Assembly: GCA_963848295.1 (NCBI GenBank)
Contig: CAWKDB010000002.1
Location: 928,001 to 992,000 of the forward strand
Length of the DNA stretch: 64,000 nt
Reading direction: 5' to 3'
DNA from: an uncultured delta proteobacterium
Lineage (GTDB): Bacteria > Myxococcota_A > Polyangia > Haliangiales > Haliangiaceae
Both the position numbers and the translations under genes were made by a program. Under the pieces are notes generated by a model. The model was not told where the DNA came from. It made no database searches and worked only from the letters and a program-made list of their open reading frames with translations. The stretch's first letter is position 1. Each line of letters opens with the position of its first letter. Below, one piece after another: positions 22,616 to 37,185 of this stretch.

Positions 22616-23586
22616 TGGGTCCCCGTGCTGACGGACTTCACCGGCGTGGCCGTCTTTGTTGCAGCGCCCGAGCCGCTCGATCCCGAGCCCGAGCCATCGC
22701 CGATGTCGACCGCGCCGAGGCCGTTGATCACCTGGTCCATCGCCGCCGGATCGGTGAAGAACGCGACGACCTTCATGTTGCGATCGCTACCGAGCACCTT
22801 CCACGCGACGACGAGCGTCACCTTGCGGACGGTGACCTTCAGGATCTGCTGGAACATCTGGTACTGAGCCTGGATCAGCGCGCCGCCCTGCGCGCCGAGG
22901 ATGTTGCCCGAGCCGCCGCCACCGCCGTCGCCGCCACCCATCATGCCGAACACGCCGCCGAGCGCACTGTTCTGGAACTGGGTGAGCGCATCGCCCGAGC
23001 CGAGCGCCGAGCCAAACGCGTTGCTACCGAGCGCGCCGTAGTTGCTGCCGAACGCGCTGCCAAACGGGCTGTCGCTTCCAAACAACGCGCTGCCGCTGCC
23101 GAGGCTGCCGGTGCCGTAGGTCGTCGTCGAGAACGCGCTGCCGCCGTGACCCGAGCCCGAGCCGGCCGCCGAGCCCATCTTCTGCAGCGTGTCGAAGTCC
23201 GGCATCTCGACCTGCTGGACCTTGTAGGCGTAGTAGATCGTCGGCCAGCCCTCTTGCTCGAACGGCTTGAGATCCATCTGCGACTGGTCGGTGTCGGTGA
23301 ACCCGTCCTTCATCAGGAGCTCTTCGATGTCGTACATCTTGCCGCGCGCGAGATCGGTCGCGATGCCCATCATGTGGGACTCTTCCGACGTGTGGATGCT
23401 GCCCGCGGCGCTGCGGATCAACACGACGAGCGCGATGCCGAGCAGCGCGAGCCCGAGCATCACTTCGAGCAGCGTGAACCCCCGGACTTGCGGTTTCCGG
23501 CCCCGTTCCGGGGGCCCCTCGCTGTAAGGACTCGGCCGTCCTTGCTTCGCCGGACAGCCGATCGATCTATGCAGCTCGGGGCTCAC
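22612..23586 (-). CDS. gspI: Minor pseudopilin I with long leader and Gly/Ser-rich insertion
   Basis: RGFTLLEV; GTG start overlaps the gspH stop; C-terminal VRKVTLVVAW. Confidence 0.8.
   Translation of the reverse strand: MSPELHRSIGCPAKQGRPSPYSEGPPERGRKPQVRGFTLLEVMLGLALLGIALVVLIRSAAGSIHTSEESHMMGIATDLARGKMYDIEELLMKDGFTDTDQSQMDLKPFEQEGWPTIYYAYKVQQVEMPDFDTLQKMGSAAGSGSGHGGSAFSTTTYGTGSLGSGSALFGSDSPFGSAFGSNYGALGSNAFGSALGSGDALTQFQNSALGGVFGMMGGGDGGGGGSGNILGAQGGALIQAQYQMFQQILKVTVRKVTLVVAWKVLGSDRNMKVVAFFTDPAAMDQVINGLGAVDIGDGSGSGSSGSGAATKTATPVKSVSTGTH
23481..23585. repeat. Structured dispersed repeat, copy A (inside the gspI leader)
   Basis: 41 bp at 23527-23567 identical to 38121-38161; flanks also similar. 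Confidence 0.85.
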
Positions 23587-24377
23587 TGCTGATCCTCGCG
23601 CTTGACGGTGTCCTTCTCGCCCATCGCGTTGCGCATCATGTGGTCGTTGACGTCTTTGAGCGGCGTGTCGCGCAGCTCGATCCGGCCGGTCAACCCGTAG
23701 TCGAGCACGGTGAAGATGTCGCCGCCGTCGGTCAGCTCGATCACGGCCTTCTCCGACGTACCGTCCGGGAAGAAGTACACCGCGACCTGGCCCTTCGTGA
23801 CGCTGTCGTCGCGGTGCTGGACCCAGATCTCCTTGAACTTGATCCCCTTCTTCGAGGTCAGCGTGCGCAGCCACGGATTCTTGACGCTCTCGCCGGTGTG
23901 CTCGGCCATGAACGTCGTGCCGGTGACCGCGTCTTGCACCGGGCCGCACAACCGGTCCGCGATGTGCGCGCCGGCGAGCGCCATGATGCGCTTCGCGGCC
24001 TCGTCGGGATCCCCGGCGCCGAACGCGTCGGCGGGTACGCCGAGCAAGCGATCCTTGCCGCGGGCGATCGCGCGCTCTTTCGCATCGGCGTCGGGTCGGA
24101 CCGCTTCGTTGCGCTTGATCTCGGCGGAGCCTTGGCACGCCTCGACGACGTACACGCCCTTATCGAGATCCATGAGCACGCGGTGCATCTGGCCGTGCTC
24201 GACCGCGAGCGAGCTCGCACGCTTCATCATCGCGGAGAGCGACATCGAGTCTTCGACGAGGTCGGCCTTGGTCAGCGCGCGAAAGCCCGTGCGCACGAGG
24301 GACGCCGAGAGACCCACGATCGCCAGGACGATCATGATCTCGAGCAGCGTCATCCCTCTGTGCGCGCGACGGGACAT
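23583..24377 (-). CDS. gspH: Minor pseudopilin H
   Basis: RGMTLLEI; YFFPDG.SEKAVI...GLTGRI. Confidence 0.82.
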   Translation of the reverse strand: MSRRAHRGMTLLEIMIVLAIVGLSASLVRTGFRALTKADLVEDSMSLSAMMKRASSLAVEHGQMHRVLMDLDKGVYVVEACQGSAEIKRNEAVRPDADAKERAIARGKDRLLGVPADAFGAGDPDEAAKRIMALAGAHIADRLCGPVQDAVTGTTFMAEHTGESVKNPWLRTLTSKKGIKFKEIWVQHRDDSVTKGQVAVYFFPDGTSEKAVIELTDGGDIFTVLDYGLTGRIELRDTPLKDVNDHMMRNAMGEKDTVKREDQQ

Positions 24378-24379
24378 GG

Positions 24380-24830
24380 CTAGCGCTTTTGGTTCGAGTC
24401 GTCCCAGGACTTGATGTCGTCGTCGGTGCCCTCTTTACCGTCCTCGCCATCCGACATGATGGCGATGTGCTGCGCACCCGGCGGCAGGGTCTGGCCGCAC
24501 ATCATCTTGTACGGGTGGCCCCACGGGTCCTTGATGTCCTTGCTGTTCATGTACTCGTTGAGGTCGCTGCAGCTGATCGGGGCAGCCCTTGTCGCTGTGC
24601 TGCATCGACCACTGGACGAACGCCTCGTCGGCATACTTGTGGACCGCCATGTTCGCGATCTTGACCTTCGAGTCGGCGAACAGCGCCATGACCTTCGGAC
24701 CGACGAGCAAGCCCATGACGAGCGCCAAGATCGCGAGCACGATCATGATCTCGAGCAGGGTCATGCCTCGGCGAAGGCGAGTGGCCTGGCGAGCGCGACG
24801 AGAGCGGAGGGATTCGAGGATGCGCAGCAT
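24380..24830 (-). CDS. gspG: Major pseudopilin G (one extra base near 24570)
   Basis: RRGMTLLEIMIV; after the shift KDPWGHPY...SDGEDGKEGTDDDIKSW. Confidence 0.85.
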
Positions 24831-24851
24831 TGTTGTCTCCTTCGTAACGAC

Positions 24852-26114
24852 TTACTTCGGGCCGGTCAGCGAACCGAGATCCATGATGGGTTGGAGGATC
24901 GAGAACACGATGAAGGCGACCGCGCCGCCCATGAACACGAGCATCAGCGGCTCGAGCAGCGCGGTCAGCCGCGACAGCTTGGTATCGATTTCCGACTCGT
25001 AGGTCGTCGCGACGCGCTCGAGCATCTGCTCGAGCTGACCGGCGCGCTCGCCGACCGCGACCATGTGGATCATCGTCGCGGGGAACTGGCCCGACTTCTT
25101 GAGCGTGCTCGCGAGCGAGTCGCCTTCGGTCACCGCTCGCTTCGCATCTTCGACCGCGCGTTGGATCATCACGTTGCCGACGATCTGCTTCGCGGTGTCG
25201 AGCGCGCGCAGCATCGGCACGCCGGACTTCAACATCGTGCCGAGCGTGCGCGCGAACCGGCTGACGTTGATCGTGCGAACGAGCTCGCCGACGACCGGCA
25301 GCCGCAACACGAAGCGGTGCCACGGCGGCCTGCCCTCTTTCGAACGCGACCACCTCGCGAACCCGAACCCGCCGAGGCCGGCCACGATCAGGATCCACAA
25401 CCAATAGCTTCCGATGAACGCCGACGTCGCGATCAACATCCGCGTGTTGACCGGCAAGGTCTTGCCTTCCTGCGTGAACATCGACGTGATGTTCGGGATG
25501 ACCTTGACCATCAGCACGCCCATGATGCCGGCGCCGACGACGAGCATGACGAGCGGATAGATCATCGCGCCCTGGACCTTCGACTTGAGCTTCTGACTGC
25601 CCTCGAGGAAGTCGGCGAGCCGGGTCAGGACCTCGTCGAGGTTACCGGCGACCTCGCCGGCGCGAACCATCGACACGAACAGCTCGTCGAACAACTTCGG
25701 ATGGCGCGCGAGCGCATCAGCGAGCGAGCTACCTTCGTTGACCATCGCTCGGACCTCAGACACCGGCGTCTTGAACCGAGGGTTCGTGATCTGTTCGACG
25801 AGGGCGCCGAGCGCCTCTGCGAGCGGGATCCCCGAGCGCAACAACGTCGACATCTGGCGCGTGAACGCCGCGATCTCGACCTTCTTGACGCCGCCGAACA
25901 ACCCGCCGAGGTCGACGTCACGGCCGAGGCCGCCCTTGGTCTTGGCGCCTCTCGCCGCGGTCGGCGCTTTGCCGCCCTTCGTCAGCTCGAAGCTCGTGAC
26001 GAGCACGCCGTCTTTGCGCAGCAGCTGGCGGAGCAGCTTCGGCGATTCGGCGTCGCGCATACCGTTGACCGACTTGCCGGTCTGGGCCACGCCCTTGTAC
26101 GCGTACATCGGCAC
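24852..26114 (-). CDS. gspF: T2SS inner membrane platform protein F
   Basis: FTRQMSTLL.SG, AGE.AGNL, VGERAGQLE, LLEP. Confidence 0.93.
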   Translation of the reverse strand: MPMYAYKGVAQTGKSVNGMRDAESPKLLRQLLRKDGVLVTSFELTKGGKAPTAARGAKTKGGLGRDVDLGGLFGGVKKVEIAAFTRQMSTLLRSGIPLAEALGALVEQITNPRFKTPVSEVRAMVNEGSSLADALARHPKLFDELFVSMVRAGEVAGNLDEVLTRLADFLEGSQKLKSKVQGAMIYPLVMLVVGAGIMGVLMVKVIPNITSMFTQEGKTLPVNTRMLIATSAFIGSYWLWILIVAGLGGFGFARWSRSKEGRPPWHRFVLRLPVVGELVRTINVSRFARTLGTMLKSGVPMLRALDTAKQIVGNVMIQRAVEDAKRAVTEGDSLASTLKKSGQFPATMIHMVAVGERAGQLEQMLERVATTYESEIDTKLSRLTALLEPLMLVFMGGAVAFIVFSILQPIMDLGSLTGPK

Positions 26115-26116
26115 GA

Positions 26117-27937
<1,821 letters not shown>

Positions 27938-27938
<1 letters not shown>

Positions 27939-30349
27939 TACCTACCTCCCGGTCTGACCGGCGCCGGTCCACTCGTACCGTCGCCGTGGCCCGACTCCTC
28001 GGGCGCTTCGATCGTCGTCGGCGAGTATTCGACCGGGCCCGGCGCCACGTGCTGGCGCTTGCCGACCGCCTTCAGCTGCTCCTCGTCCTCTTCGACCGAC
28101 TCGACGGCGCGATTGATCTCCTCGACCAGGCCACGCTTGCGGCGGTAGTCGAGCTTCGGCTCGTACTTCGCCTCGTTGAGGTTTGCGAATGATGCGGTGA
28201 ATTCCCGGTATTCGCGCATCTTGCGCTCGCGGATCTGCTCGAGGTCGAGCTGGTCTTTGATGATGTATGGCGTGAGCAGGATCAGGAGGTTCGTCTTCTT
28301 CTTCGACTTCGTCGTGTACTTGAAGAGATACCCGAGCAGCGGGATGTCGCCAAGCAACGGCACCTTCGTCACGTTGAACACGTCGTGCTCTTGGATCAGG
28401 CCGCCGATCACGACGGTCTGCTGGTCATGCACGACTGCTTGGGTCTTCAAGTTGCGCTCGGTCCACGTCGGGCCGAGCACCGGATCCTTGTCGCCGATGT
28501 CTTTGGTCTCTTGCTCGATCTCGAGACGAACCGAGTCGTTGCTCGAGATGTGCGGCGTGATCTTCAATGACAGATCGAGCTTCTCGCGCTGGATGTTCTG
28601 GCCGATCGAGCCGACCGGAGCGCTCGTGCCGCCGGTGGCCCCCGACGCGGGCAAGCCCACACCGCCGAACGACAGGCCGGCCTGATACGGGATGTTGTTG
28701 CCGACCGAGAACTCGGCCTTCTCGTTGTCGATCGCGATGACATTCGGCGTCGACAGGATGTTCGTGTTGGCCTGCGTCGCGAGCGCCTGGAACAGCACGC
28801 CGTACGACGGGATGCTCGTGCCGAGAAACGTCTGCGAGTTCGTCAGCGGCGAGCCGACGAGGCCGCCGATCAAGCCGGTGAGCGACGCGAGCGATGCGAC
28901 GTTGAGCGAGCTGAGCGATGGCGTCTGCACGCCGCCGAGGACGAGCGCGCTGCCGTTATCGACCGGCAAGCCGCCGTGCGAGCTGGTGCCGACGTCGAGC
29001 TCTTTGTTGAGCGTGACCTCGAAGATCGTCGCCTCGATGAAGATCTGGCGGCGCGGCTGGTCGAGCTGACGGATCACATCCTTGACCGCGAGAAAGTCGC
29101 GCCCGCTCGAGATCACGATGATCGAGTTCGTCGGATCGTCGTTGACGACACGGACGACACCCTCGAGCGAATCGCCGAGGCTCGCGTTCGCGCCGCCCGG
29201 GGGCTGCGAAGGAGGCGGCGGTTGGCCGGCCGCACCCGGCTGTCCTGGGCGACCCGCGGTGCCATTGCGGTTCTGGTTCTGGCCCTGCAGGGCGTTGTTG
29301 AGCGTGGTCGCGAGATCCTTCGCGAGGGCGTTCTCGAGCGTGAACACGTGGATCGCCGCGCCACCCTGGGTGTCGAGCGAGATGTCGAGGCGATCGACGA
29401 GCGCCTTGACCCGCTCGTAACCGGCGAGGCTCGACACGACGATCAACGTGCTCGATCGCTCGTCGACCAGGATCTTCGACGGCGTCGCGGCGTTGAGCTC
29501 CTCGCTCGTCGCGCTTGGATTCGCGGGCGCGTTCGGCATACGCCCTCGGCCGACCGGGGCACCTGCGCCTGGAGCCGCGGTGATCCCGAGGATCTCGTTG
29601 ATCTTCGTCGCGAGCTGCGTCGCGTCCGCGTACTGCACCGGGATCGTGTAGATGCCCTCGTTATTGCCGGGCACATCGATGGTCTTGGCCAGCGTCAGCA
29701 TGTCGCGGACCTGGCTCGAGTAGTCGGTGATGATCAGCATGCTGCCCGCGGCGACCACGCTGCCCGCCGGCGAGCGCATCGCGTCCATCGCTTGGCGCAG
29801 CGTCTCGATCTGCGTATATGACGGACGCAACACGTAGCGCACCATCTGATCTTCGTCGGCTGGAATGCCGTGCCTCTCGAACGGAAGCGTCTCGCTCTTC
29901 GCCGTGGCCGATTCGACGATGCGCAGGACGTTACCCTTCGGCACGACGGTGAGCCCCATCGTCGACAGCGCGACGAGGAACAGCCGATACGCTTCGGGAG
30001 CGCTCATCGGCAACGGCGCCATCACGCTGACCTTCTTGCCGGTCGCGACGATGCGCGGATCGAGGATGAAGTTCTTGCACGTGAACCCCATCACCCACGG
30101 GATCAGATCCTTGAGCTCGGTCTCGGGCTTGAACGAAACCGTGACCATGCCCGTGCGGTGCTTGCAGCTATACAGCGCGGCGTCTTCACCGGGCACGTCC
30201 TTCTTGTCGCCCGCTTTGTCGTCCCTCTTGTCGGCCGCGGCGGATGCGGGCTGCGCGAACGCGCGGGTCGGCAGCACGAGCTGGCACGCGAGAGTCAGCG
30301 CCAGCGCGACGCGTCCGAAGTGAAGTGGAAGTGGCGAAATGGAAGGCAT
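27938..30349 (-). CDS. gspD: T2SS secretin D
   Basis: NolW-like repeats, LDQPRRQIFIEA, KVPLLGDIPLLGYLF. Confidence 0.93.
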
Positions 30350-30373
30350 GTGGCTCCGGGCGCGTGTCTTAAG

Positions 30374-31284
30374 TCAGTGAATCGTGTACTTGATGACGAG
30401 CGGCTTGCCCTTGCGGGTCAAGTCGACTTCGAGCGAGGTCGCGTCTTTGAGCTTCGCGTAGACCTCGAGGCCCTTATCGAGCGACGTGAGCTCGAAGCCG
30501 TTGATCGACTCGAGCGTGTCGCCGTTGATGAGGCCGAGCTTGCCGTAGATCGAGTCCGGGCGAATCGAGTAGAGCTTGAACCCGTCGGGCTTGCCGTCCT
30601 TTCGCGCCGGCACGACGCGCGCGCCTCTGACCGCGACCATCGGGTTGCCGAGGATCTTGTCGACGAGCGCCTTGTCGATCTCGTAGTTGTTGTCGTCGAT
30701 CTTTTTGATCCCGTTGTCGATCGCCGTCTTGATGTCGTCCTTGTCGGTGACGGCCGGCTTCTCGGCCTCCGCGACCACCGGTGGTGCGACACCGGCGAGC
30801 ATGAGCCGCTCGAGCCGGTTGTTGTTCTCGAAGTCGATCGACTTGTAGTGGATCTCCTTGACCGCGCCGGTCGCGCCGGGGATCGGATCGCCGACCGCGT
30901 ACGCGCCCTGCTTCTGGTTTTCGGTGTTGATGACGGTGGCGTACGAGTCGTCCTCGCTGACCCCGACGTTCGTCGCCAGCAGCACGAGCGGCAGGGTCGT
31001 GATCGGGATCTCCGACGGGTCGGTCTTGGCCTCGAGGTCGACCGGCGGGGCGCAGTCCGAGCAAAACATGTCGCGCTCGACGAACGGTGTGCCGTCCTTG
31101 ACGTGCACGGCCTTGACCGGCGCGGCGGCGGTGGGCGCGACGATCGTGATCCTCGGTGCGTGATCGGCATCGCGGAGGTACTTCCCCTCGACGATGTGGC
31201 CGGTCATCATCGCGGCGAACACCATGCACGTCATCACGACCGGCACCCCGAGCACCCAGAAGTAGCGTTTGATCAGGTCTTGCA

Positions 31285-31285
<1 letters not shown>
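30374..31285 (-). CDS. gspC: T2SS protein C with PDZ domain
   Basis: TM, HR domain, GFKLYSIRPDS...GL.NGD PDZ. Confidence 0.9.
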
Positions 31286-32856
<1,571 letters not shown>

Positions 32857-32872
32857 GCTTGTGTGGCTATTA

Positions 32873-32887
32873 ACAAGCCGAGTGCCA
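32873..32887 (-). promoter_or_regulatory. Candidate sigma-54 (-24/-12) promoter
   Basis: TGGCAC-TCGGC-TTGT on the minus strand versus consensus TGGCAC-N5-TTGC. Confidence 0.55.
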
Positions 32888-33020
32888 GTCTGAATTCCTA
32901 GCAACTGTCTGGAATTACTCGGAGGTCTCGCCAACTTCGGAGGTCGTTCGTGCCACCCTGTCAGGCTGCCTCGAGGGCCCTGACATTCTGGCAGACCCAG
33001 GATCGGGTAGGCGGACCGGA

Positions 33021-33165
33021 AATTGATCAACCAAGAACAGGCAACAGGCAACGGGCAATGATCGGAGGGTTTGCGTCGCGGCCTCGGATCGAGGCCGTCC
33101 GGAACCCGCCGGCGTGCGATCTGGCATTGCCTGTTGCCTGTTGCCTGTTGATCAATTGATCAATT
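33021..33165. repeat. Second member of the TTGATCAA/CAGGCAA inverted-repeat family
   Basis: 33125-33165 is identical to 6904-6944; degenerate inverted arm at 33021-33060. Confidence 0.85.
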
Positions 33166-33168
33166 GCT

Positions 33169-35910
33169 CTAGACCCGCCGCCGGCTGTGCTCGCCCGTTT
33201 CGGGCCGCTTCCGCGACGATTCGGTCACCGCGATCTGGCGCGGCAGCGAGACCGTGAACGTCGTGCCCTCGGTGAGCACCGTGTCGACGCGGATCTCCCC
33301 GCCGTGGCGCTCGACCAGCTCGTGCACGATCGACAGGCCGAGGCCGGTGCCTTCACCGACGTCCTTCGTCGTGAAGAATGGATCCCAGATCCGCGGCAGC
33401 ACCTCGGTCGGGATGCCCGGGCCGTTGTCGGCGATCTTGACCTCGACGCGCTCGGGGGTGCTCGACGTCGTGATCGTGATCGTCGCTCGCTCGCGGCCGG
33501 CGAGTGCTTGCGCCGCGTTCGTCATCAAGTTCATGAATACTTGGTTGACCTGACCCGCGTGGCCGCGCACGCGCCCGACATCGCCGAACTGTTTGACGAC
33601 GGTGACGTGCGGCTTGAGCAGGTGGCGGAGCAGCTCGAGCGAATCGTCGAGCGAGCGGTTGATGTCGAAGTCGACGACGCTCTCGTCATCGGTGCGCGAG
33701 TAGTTGTGCAACGCCGACACGATCGCTTTCGTGCGTTGCGCGCCGCGCTTGACGACGTTGACCATCGCGACCACTTCGTCCGCCGCGTCGGGATCCTTGC
33801 CGATGTTGCCGACCGCTTCCTCGAGCGGACCGACCGTGTTGACGATCGCGTTGACCGGGTTGTTGATCTCGTGCGCGATCCCGGCGACGAGCTGACCGAT
33901 CGATGCGAGCTTTTCAGATCGCACCAACTGCTCCTGCGCTCGCGTCAACTTGTCGAGCGTCTCGGCGAGCTCGCGGTTCTTGCGCGCGAGGTCGGCGGTG
34001 CGCATCTGGACCGCGCGCTCGAGGTCGAGGTTGACTTCTTCGGTCGATCGCAACTTGTCGCGCAGCGCACGCCGCATCTCCTCGAGCGCGAGCGTGAGTC
34101 GGCCGATCTCGTCGCCCTCGCCCGCCGCCGCCACCGGATCGGCGAGCTCGCCGCGCGCCATCGCGTCGGCGCGTTGTTCGAGCCGGCGGATCGGCGCCAT
34201 GAACTGAGCGACCGTGAAGGCGACGATGCCACCGCACGCAGCGAACAGCACGAGGAAGAACAGCACGAGCTCTTTGAGCGGCCGCACCATCGACTGACCG
34301 CGACCGCGATAACTCGGATAGAACACCGCGACCGCGCCGATGTCGTAGCGCTGCCCTCGCCACGCGAGATCGAGCCGCGCCGCACGCCCGGTCAGCTCGG
34401 CCGCGTGAATCGGGATGATGTTATCGGTCGGTCGACGGATGCGAGCGCGCACGTACCACGGCAGCCTCGGCGCGCCCATGGGCCCGCCGCCGACCGCGAA
34501 CACCTCGCCGCTGTCGTCGACGTAGTATTCGACCGCGCTCGCCTCGGGCGCAGACGCGCCGATCCGCCGGATCGATGCGCGCACGGTATCCGGCGTCGGT
34601 GGGGTCGGCGCCGCGCCGATTTCGGTCTGGACCTCGGATCGCAACCACGTCAGGCCGAGCTGCGACTGGCGATCGGCCGACTCGGTCGCGAGCTTCTTGT
34701 ACTGCAAGAACCCCCACAGCATCGCCATGCCGCACGCGAGCAAGACGACGCCGCCGAACGACAGCAACAGCTTGCTGCGCAGCGATAGCGCAGGCGCGAG
34801 GCTGCGCACCGGGACGCGGTAGCGCGTCGTCAGGTGCGCGAGCAGAGGGCGCAGCACCTCGCGATGCCACAGCTGTTCGTAGATCGCACCGGCGATCGCG
34901 AGCACCAGCATCGCGATCGACAAGACGAGCGCGTCGTCGAGGTCGAAGCCGAGGCGCAGTCGTGCGATCAGCGCGCCGATGACCGCGATCATGACCCACA
35001 CGGCGATCGTCAGCATCGCGAGGCGATACGGCAACGCCTGCGCGCGCTTGTAGATCACGGCCGCGGGCAAGGCATCGCGCTTCCCCGCTTGCTCGCCGCG
35101 CGAGACCTCGAGATAGCGGCGGAGATCGCGCGTCATGACGCGGGCCAACAGTGCCCAAACGACGAGCGCGGCGACCGTCGCGAGCGGTACGTAGGTCTCG
35201 AGCTGGAGGTATTGCTCGTCGGTGATCGGCACGAAGTAATACGCGAACGCCGCCTGCGCCGCGAGCACGCCGCCGGCGACGATCATCGCGACGAGCAAGA
35301 ACTGACGAAAGTGATACTCGTCGAACCGCTTGAGCGGCGAACCGACCGAGAACAGCCGCTCGCGAATCTCCGCGAGGATCTGCGCCCACCACACCGCGCG
35401 CACGCACGACACGATGTACGCGTAGACCGACGCGAGCGACGCGAGCTCGACGACCCGCTCGATCGGCCAATCCTCGTAGACGTACAAGAACAGGCCGATC
35501 AGCGCTCCCGCTGCCGTCCACAAGCCGGTGCGCAGCAGCAACGCCCGAACCGGCCCCTTGAGCGTGATGCGATACGCGCGAGCCGCGAGCTCTTTGCTGA
35601 CCTTCGCCCCGCGGCGCCGCGCAGAGACGACCTGCCACAGCGGGAGGAACCACGCGGTGATCGCGGCGAGCCAGACCGCGACCGCGCCGATCGCGACCGG
35701 GAGTGCGGTGCGCGCCAACGTGTCGGCACCGAGATCGCCGAGATCGAACGACACCCACAGCGGATAGCCGACCGCGACGACCTCGAGCGCACCGAGCACG
35801 AGCGCGGGGATGAGGAACCGGCGCTTGAACGGCACCGAGGCGAGCTGGGCGACGAGCGTCATCGAGGACGCGTCGGATCGCTCTCCACTCTGCGTCGACT
35901 CGGGGCTCAC
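33169..35910 (-). CDS. Multi-TM HAMP sensor histidine kinase
   Basis: Many TM segments, HAMP (DEIGRL), AHEINNP, NAAQA, DNGPG, FFTTK, GTGLGL. Confidence 0.92.
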   Translation of the reverse strand: MSPESTQSGERSDASSMTLVAQLASVPFKRRFLIPALVLGALEVVAVGYPLWVSFDLGDLGADTLARTALPVAIGAVAVWLAAITAWFLPLWQVVSARRRGAKVSKELAARAYRITLKGPVRALLLRTGLWTAAGALIGLFLYVYEDWPIERVVELASLASVYAYIVSCVRAVWWAQILAEIRERLFSVGSPLKRFDEYHFRQFLLVAMIVAGGVLAAQAAFAYYFVPITDEQYLQLETYVPLATVAALVVWALLARVMTRDLRRYLEVSRGEQAGKRDALPAAVIYKRAQALPYRLAMLTIAVWVMIAVIGALIARLRLGFDLDDALVLSIAMLVLAIAGAIYEQLWHREVLRPLLAHLTTRYRVPVRSLAPALSLRSKLLLSFGGVVLLACGMAMLWGFLQYKKLATESADRQSQLGLTWLRSEVQTEIGAAPTPPTPDTVRASIRRIGASAPEASAVEYYVDDSGEVFAVGGGPMGAPRLPWYVRARIRRPTDNIIPIHAAELTGRAARLDLAWRGQRYDIGAVAVFYPSYRGRGQSMVRPLKELVLFFLVLFAACGGIVAFTVAQFMAPIRRLEQRADAMARGELADPVAAAGEGDEIGRLTLALEEMRRALRDKLRSTEEVNLDLERAVQMRTADLARKNRELAETLDKLTRAQEQLVRSEKLASIGQLVAGIAHEINNPVNAIVNTVGPLEEAVGNIGKDPDAADEVVAMVNVVKRGAQRTKAIVSALHNYSRTDDESVVDFDINRSLDDSLELLRHLLKPHVTVVKQFGDVGRVRGHAGQVNQVFMNLMTNAAQALAGRERATITITTSSTPERVEVKIADNGPGIPTEVLPRIWDPFFTTKDVGEGTGLGLSIVHELVERHGGEIRVDTVLTEGTTFTVSLPRQIAVTESSRKRPETGEHSRRRV

Positions 35911-35948
35911 CGCGGAAGAATAGCCCGCAACTGCTCTATGATGTGGCG

Positions 35949-37136
35949 ATGAGGTCGTGGCCGCTGATCGCGCTCGCCATGGTCGTGAGTGCCCCGGCCT
36001 CGGCGCAGCCGCCGCCGCTCGACAACATCACGAACCGCGACTACGCGATCGATCTCTACGAGGGCACCGCGCTCGGCAACATCACGACGATCGCGATGGG
36101 CGGCGCGGCGGCGGCGAACGCGACCGGCTCGTCCGGCACGCTGATCAACCCGTCGGCCGCTGCGGTTCGCTCGACGACCGACCGCGACTCGTGGAGCTGG
36201 GACTATCATCTCGATTATCTCAACGGCGGCTTGTCCGCGGACTACGACAACGACGGCCTGGCCGGTCAGCGCACGAGCCTGTCGTATGCGACCGCCGGGT
36301 TCGCGCTCCGCGTCCGAGACTGGGCCGGCGCGATCACGGGCACGATCCAGAGCGTTCCGCTCGGGCTGGACGCGAACGGATCGATCCCGCCGACCGGTCA
36401 GACCCTGCGGCTGCGGGCCGCGGTGGCCAAGTGGTTCCCGAAGTGGGACCTCGCGCTGGGAGCCGGCTTGCAGCTCGCCGAGCTCGACGTGCGTCAGGGC
36501 TGCGATCAATTCACGTGTCCGGCGCTGTTCTCGATCGACGGCGTCGGGCTCGAGACCGGAGCCCAATGGATCCCGCGGCTGCAGAACTTTCGGATCGGTG
36601 CCGCGCTCGCGACGCCGATCGCCGGCGGCGACGTCACCACGAGCGCCTGCGATCCGCTCGACTGCAAGGGCTACATCTTGCCGGATCAAGTGGTGTCGGC
36701 GTGGCGCGCGACCGCCGGCGTCGCGTACCGCTGGTCACCCTCGTTGTGGAACCAGACGACGTACACGGACTTCCGGGACGAGCGCGCCCTCACCGCGGTG
36801 TTCGATGTCGTCGTCGTCGGTCCGTCGGCGAATGCCTATGGCCTCGATGCGTTCGGGCTCCAGAAGCTCGAGCGCTCCGGCCGCAACTCGTCATGGTCGC
36901 CGCGCGGCGGCGTCGAGTACGAGATCCTGCCCGGCCGGCTGCGCCTGCGCGGCGGTAGCTACTGGGAGCCCGGGCGCTTCGTGGGGGTCGGCGGGCGCGT
37001 CCACGGGACGTTCGGCATCGAGGTCCGCGCCTTCGAGTTTCATGCCTGGGGCTTGCGCCGCGGCCGGCTGACCCTGACCGGCGATGTCGCCGAGAGCTAC
37101 GACAACCTCGGCATCTCGATCGGGTTCTGGCACTGA
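35949..37136 (+). CDS. Putative outer-membrane beta-barrel protein
   Basis: Signal peptide, AMGGA...INPS (FadL-like start), amphipathic strands, C-terminal GISIGFWH. Confidence 0.55.
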   Translation: MRSWPLIALAMVVSAPASAQPPPLDNITNRDYAIDLYEGTALGNITTIAMGGAAAANATGSSGTLINPSAAAVRSTTDRDSWSWDYHLDYLNGGLSADYDNDGLAGQRTSLSYATAGFALRVRDWAGAITGTIQSVPLGLDANGSIPPTGQTLRLRAAVAKWFPKWDLALGAGLQLAELDVRQGCDQFTCPALFSIDGVGLETGAQWIPRLQNFRIGAALATPIAGGDVTTSACDPLDCKGYILPDQVVSAWRATAGVAYRWSPSLWNQTTYTDFRDERALTAVFDVVVVGPSANAYGLDAFGLQKLERSGRNSSWSPRGGVEYEILPGRLRLRGGSYWEPGRFVGVGGRVHGTFGIEVRAFEFHAWGLRRGRLTLTGDVAESYDNLGISIGFWH

Positions 37137-37185
37137 CCCGGGCAGTTGCAGCCGTGGGCATCTTGCGTCATGTTCCGCGCACCTC

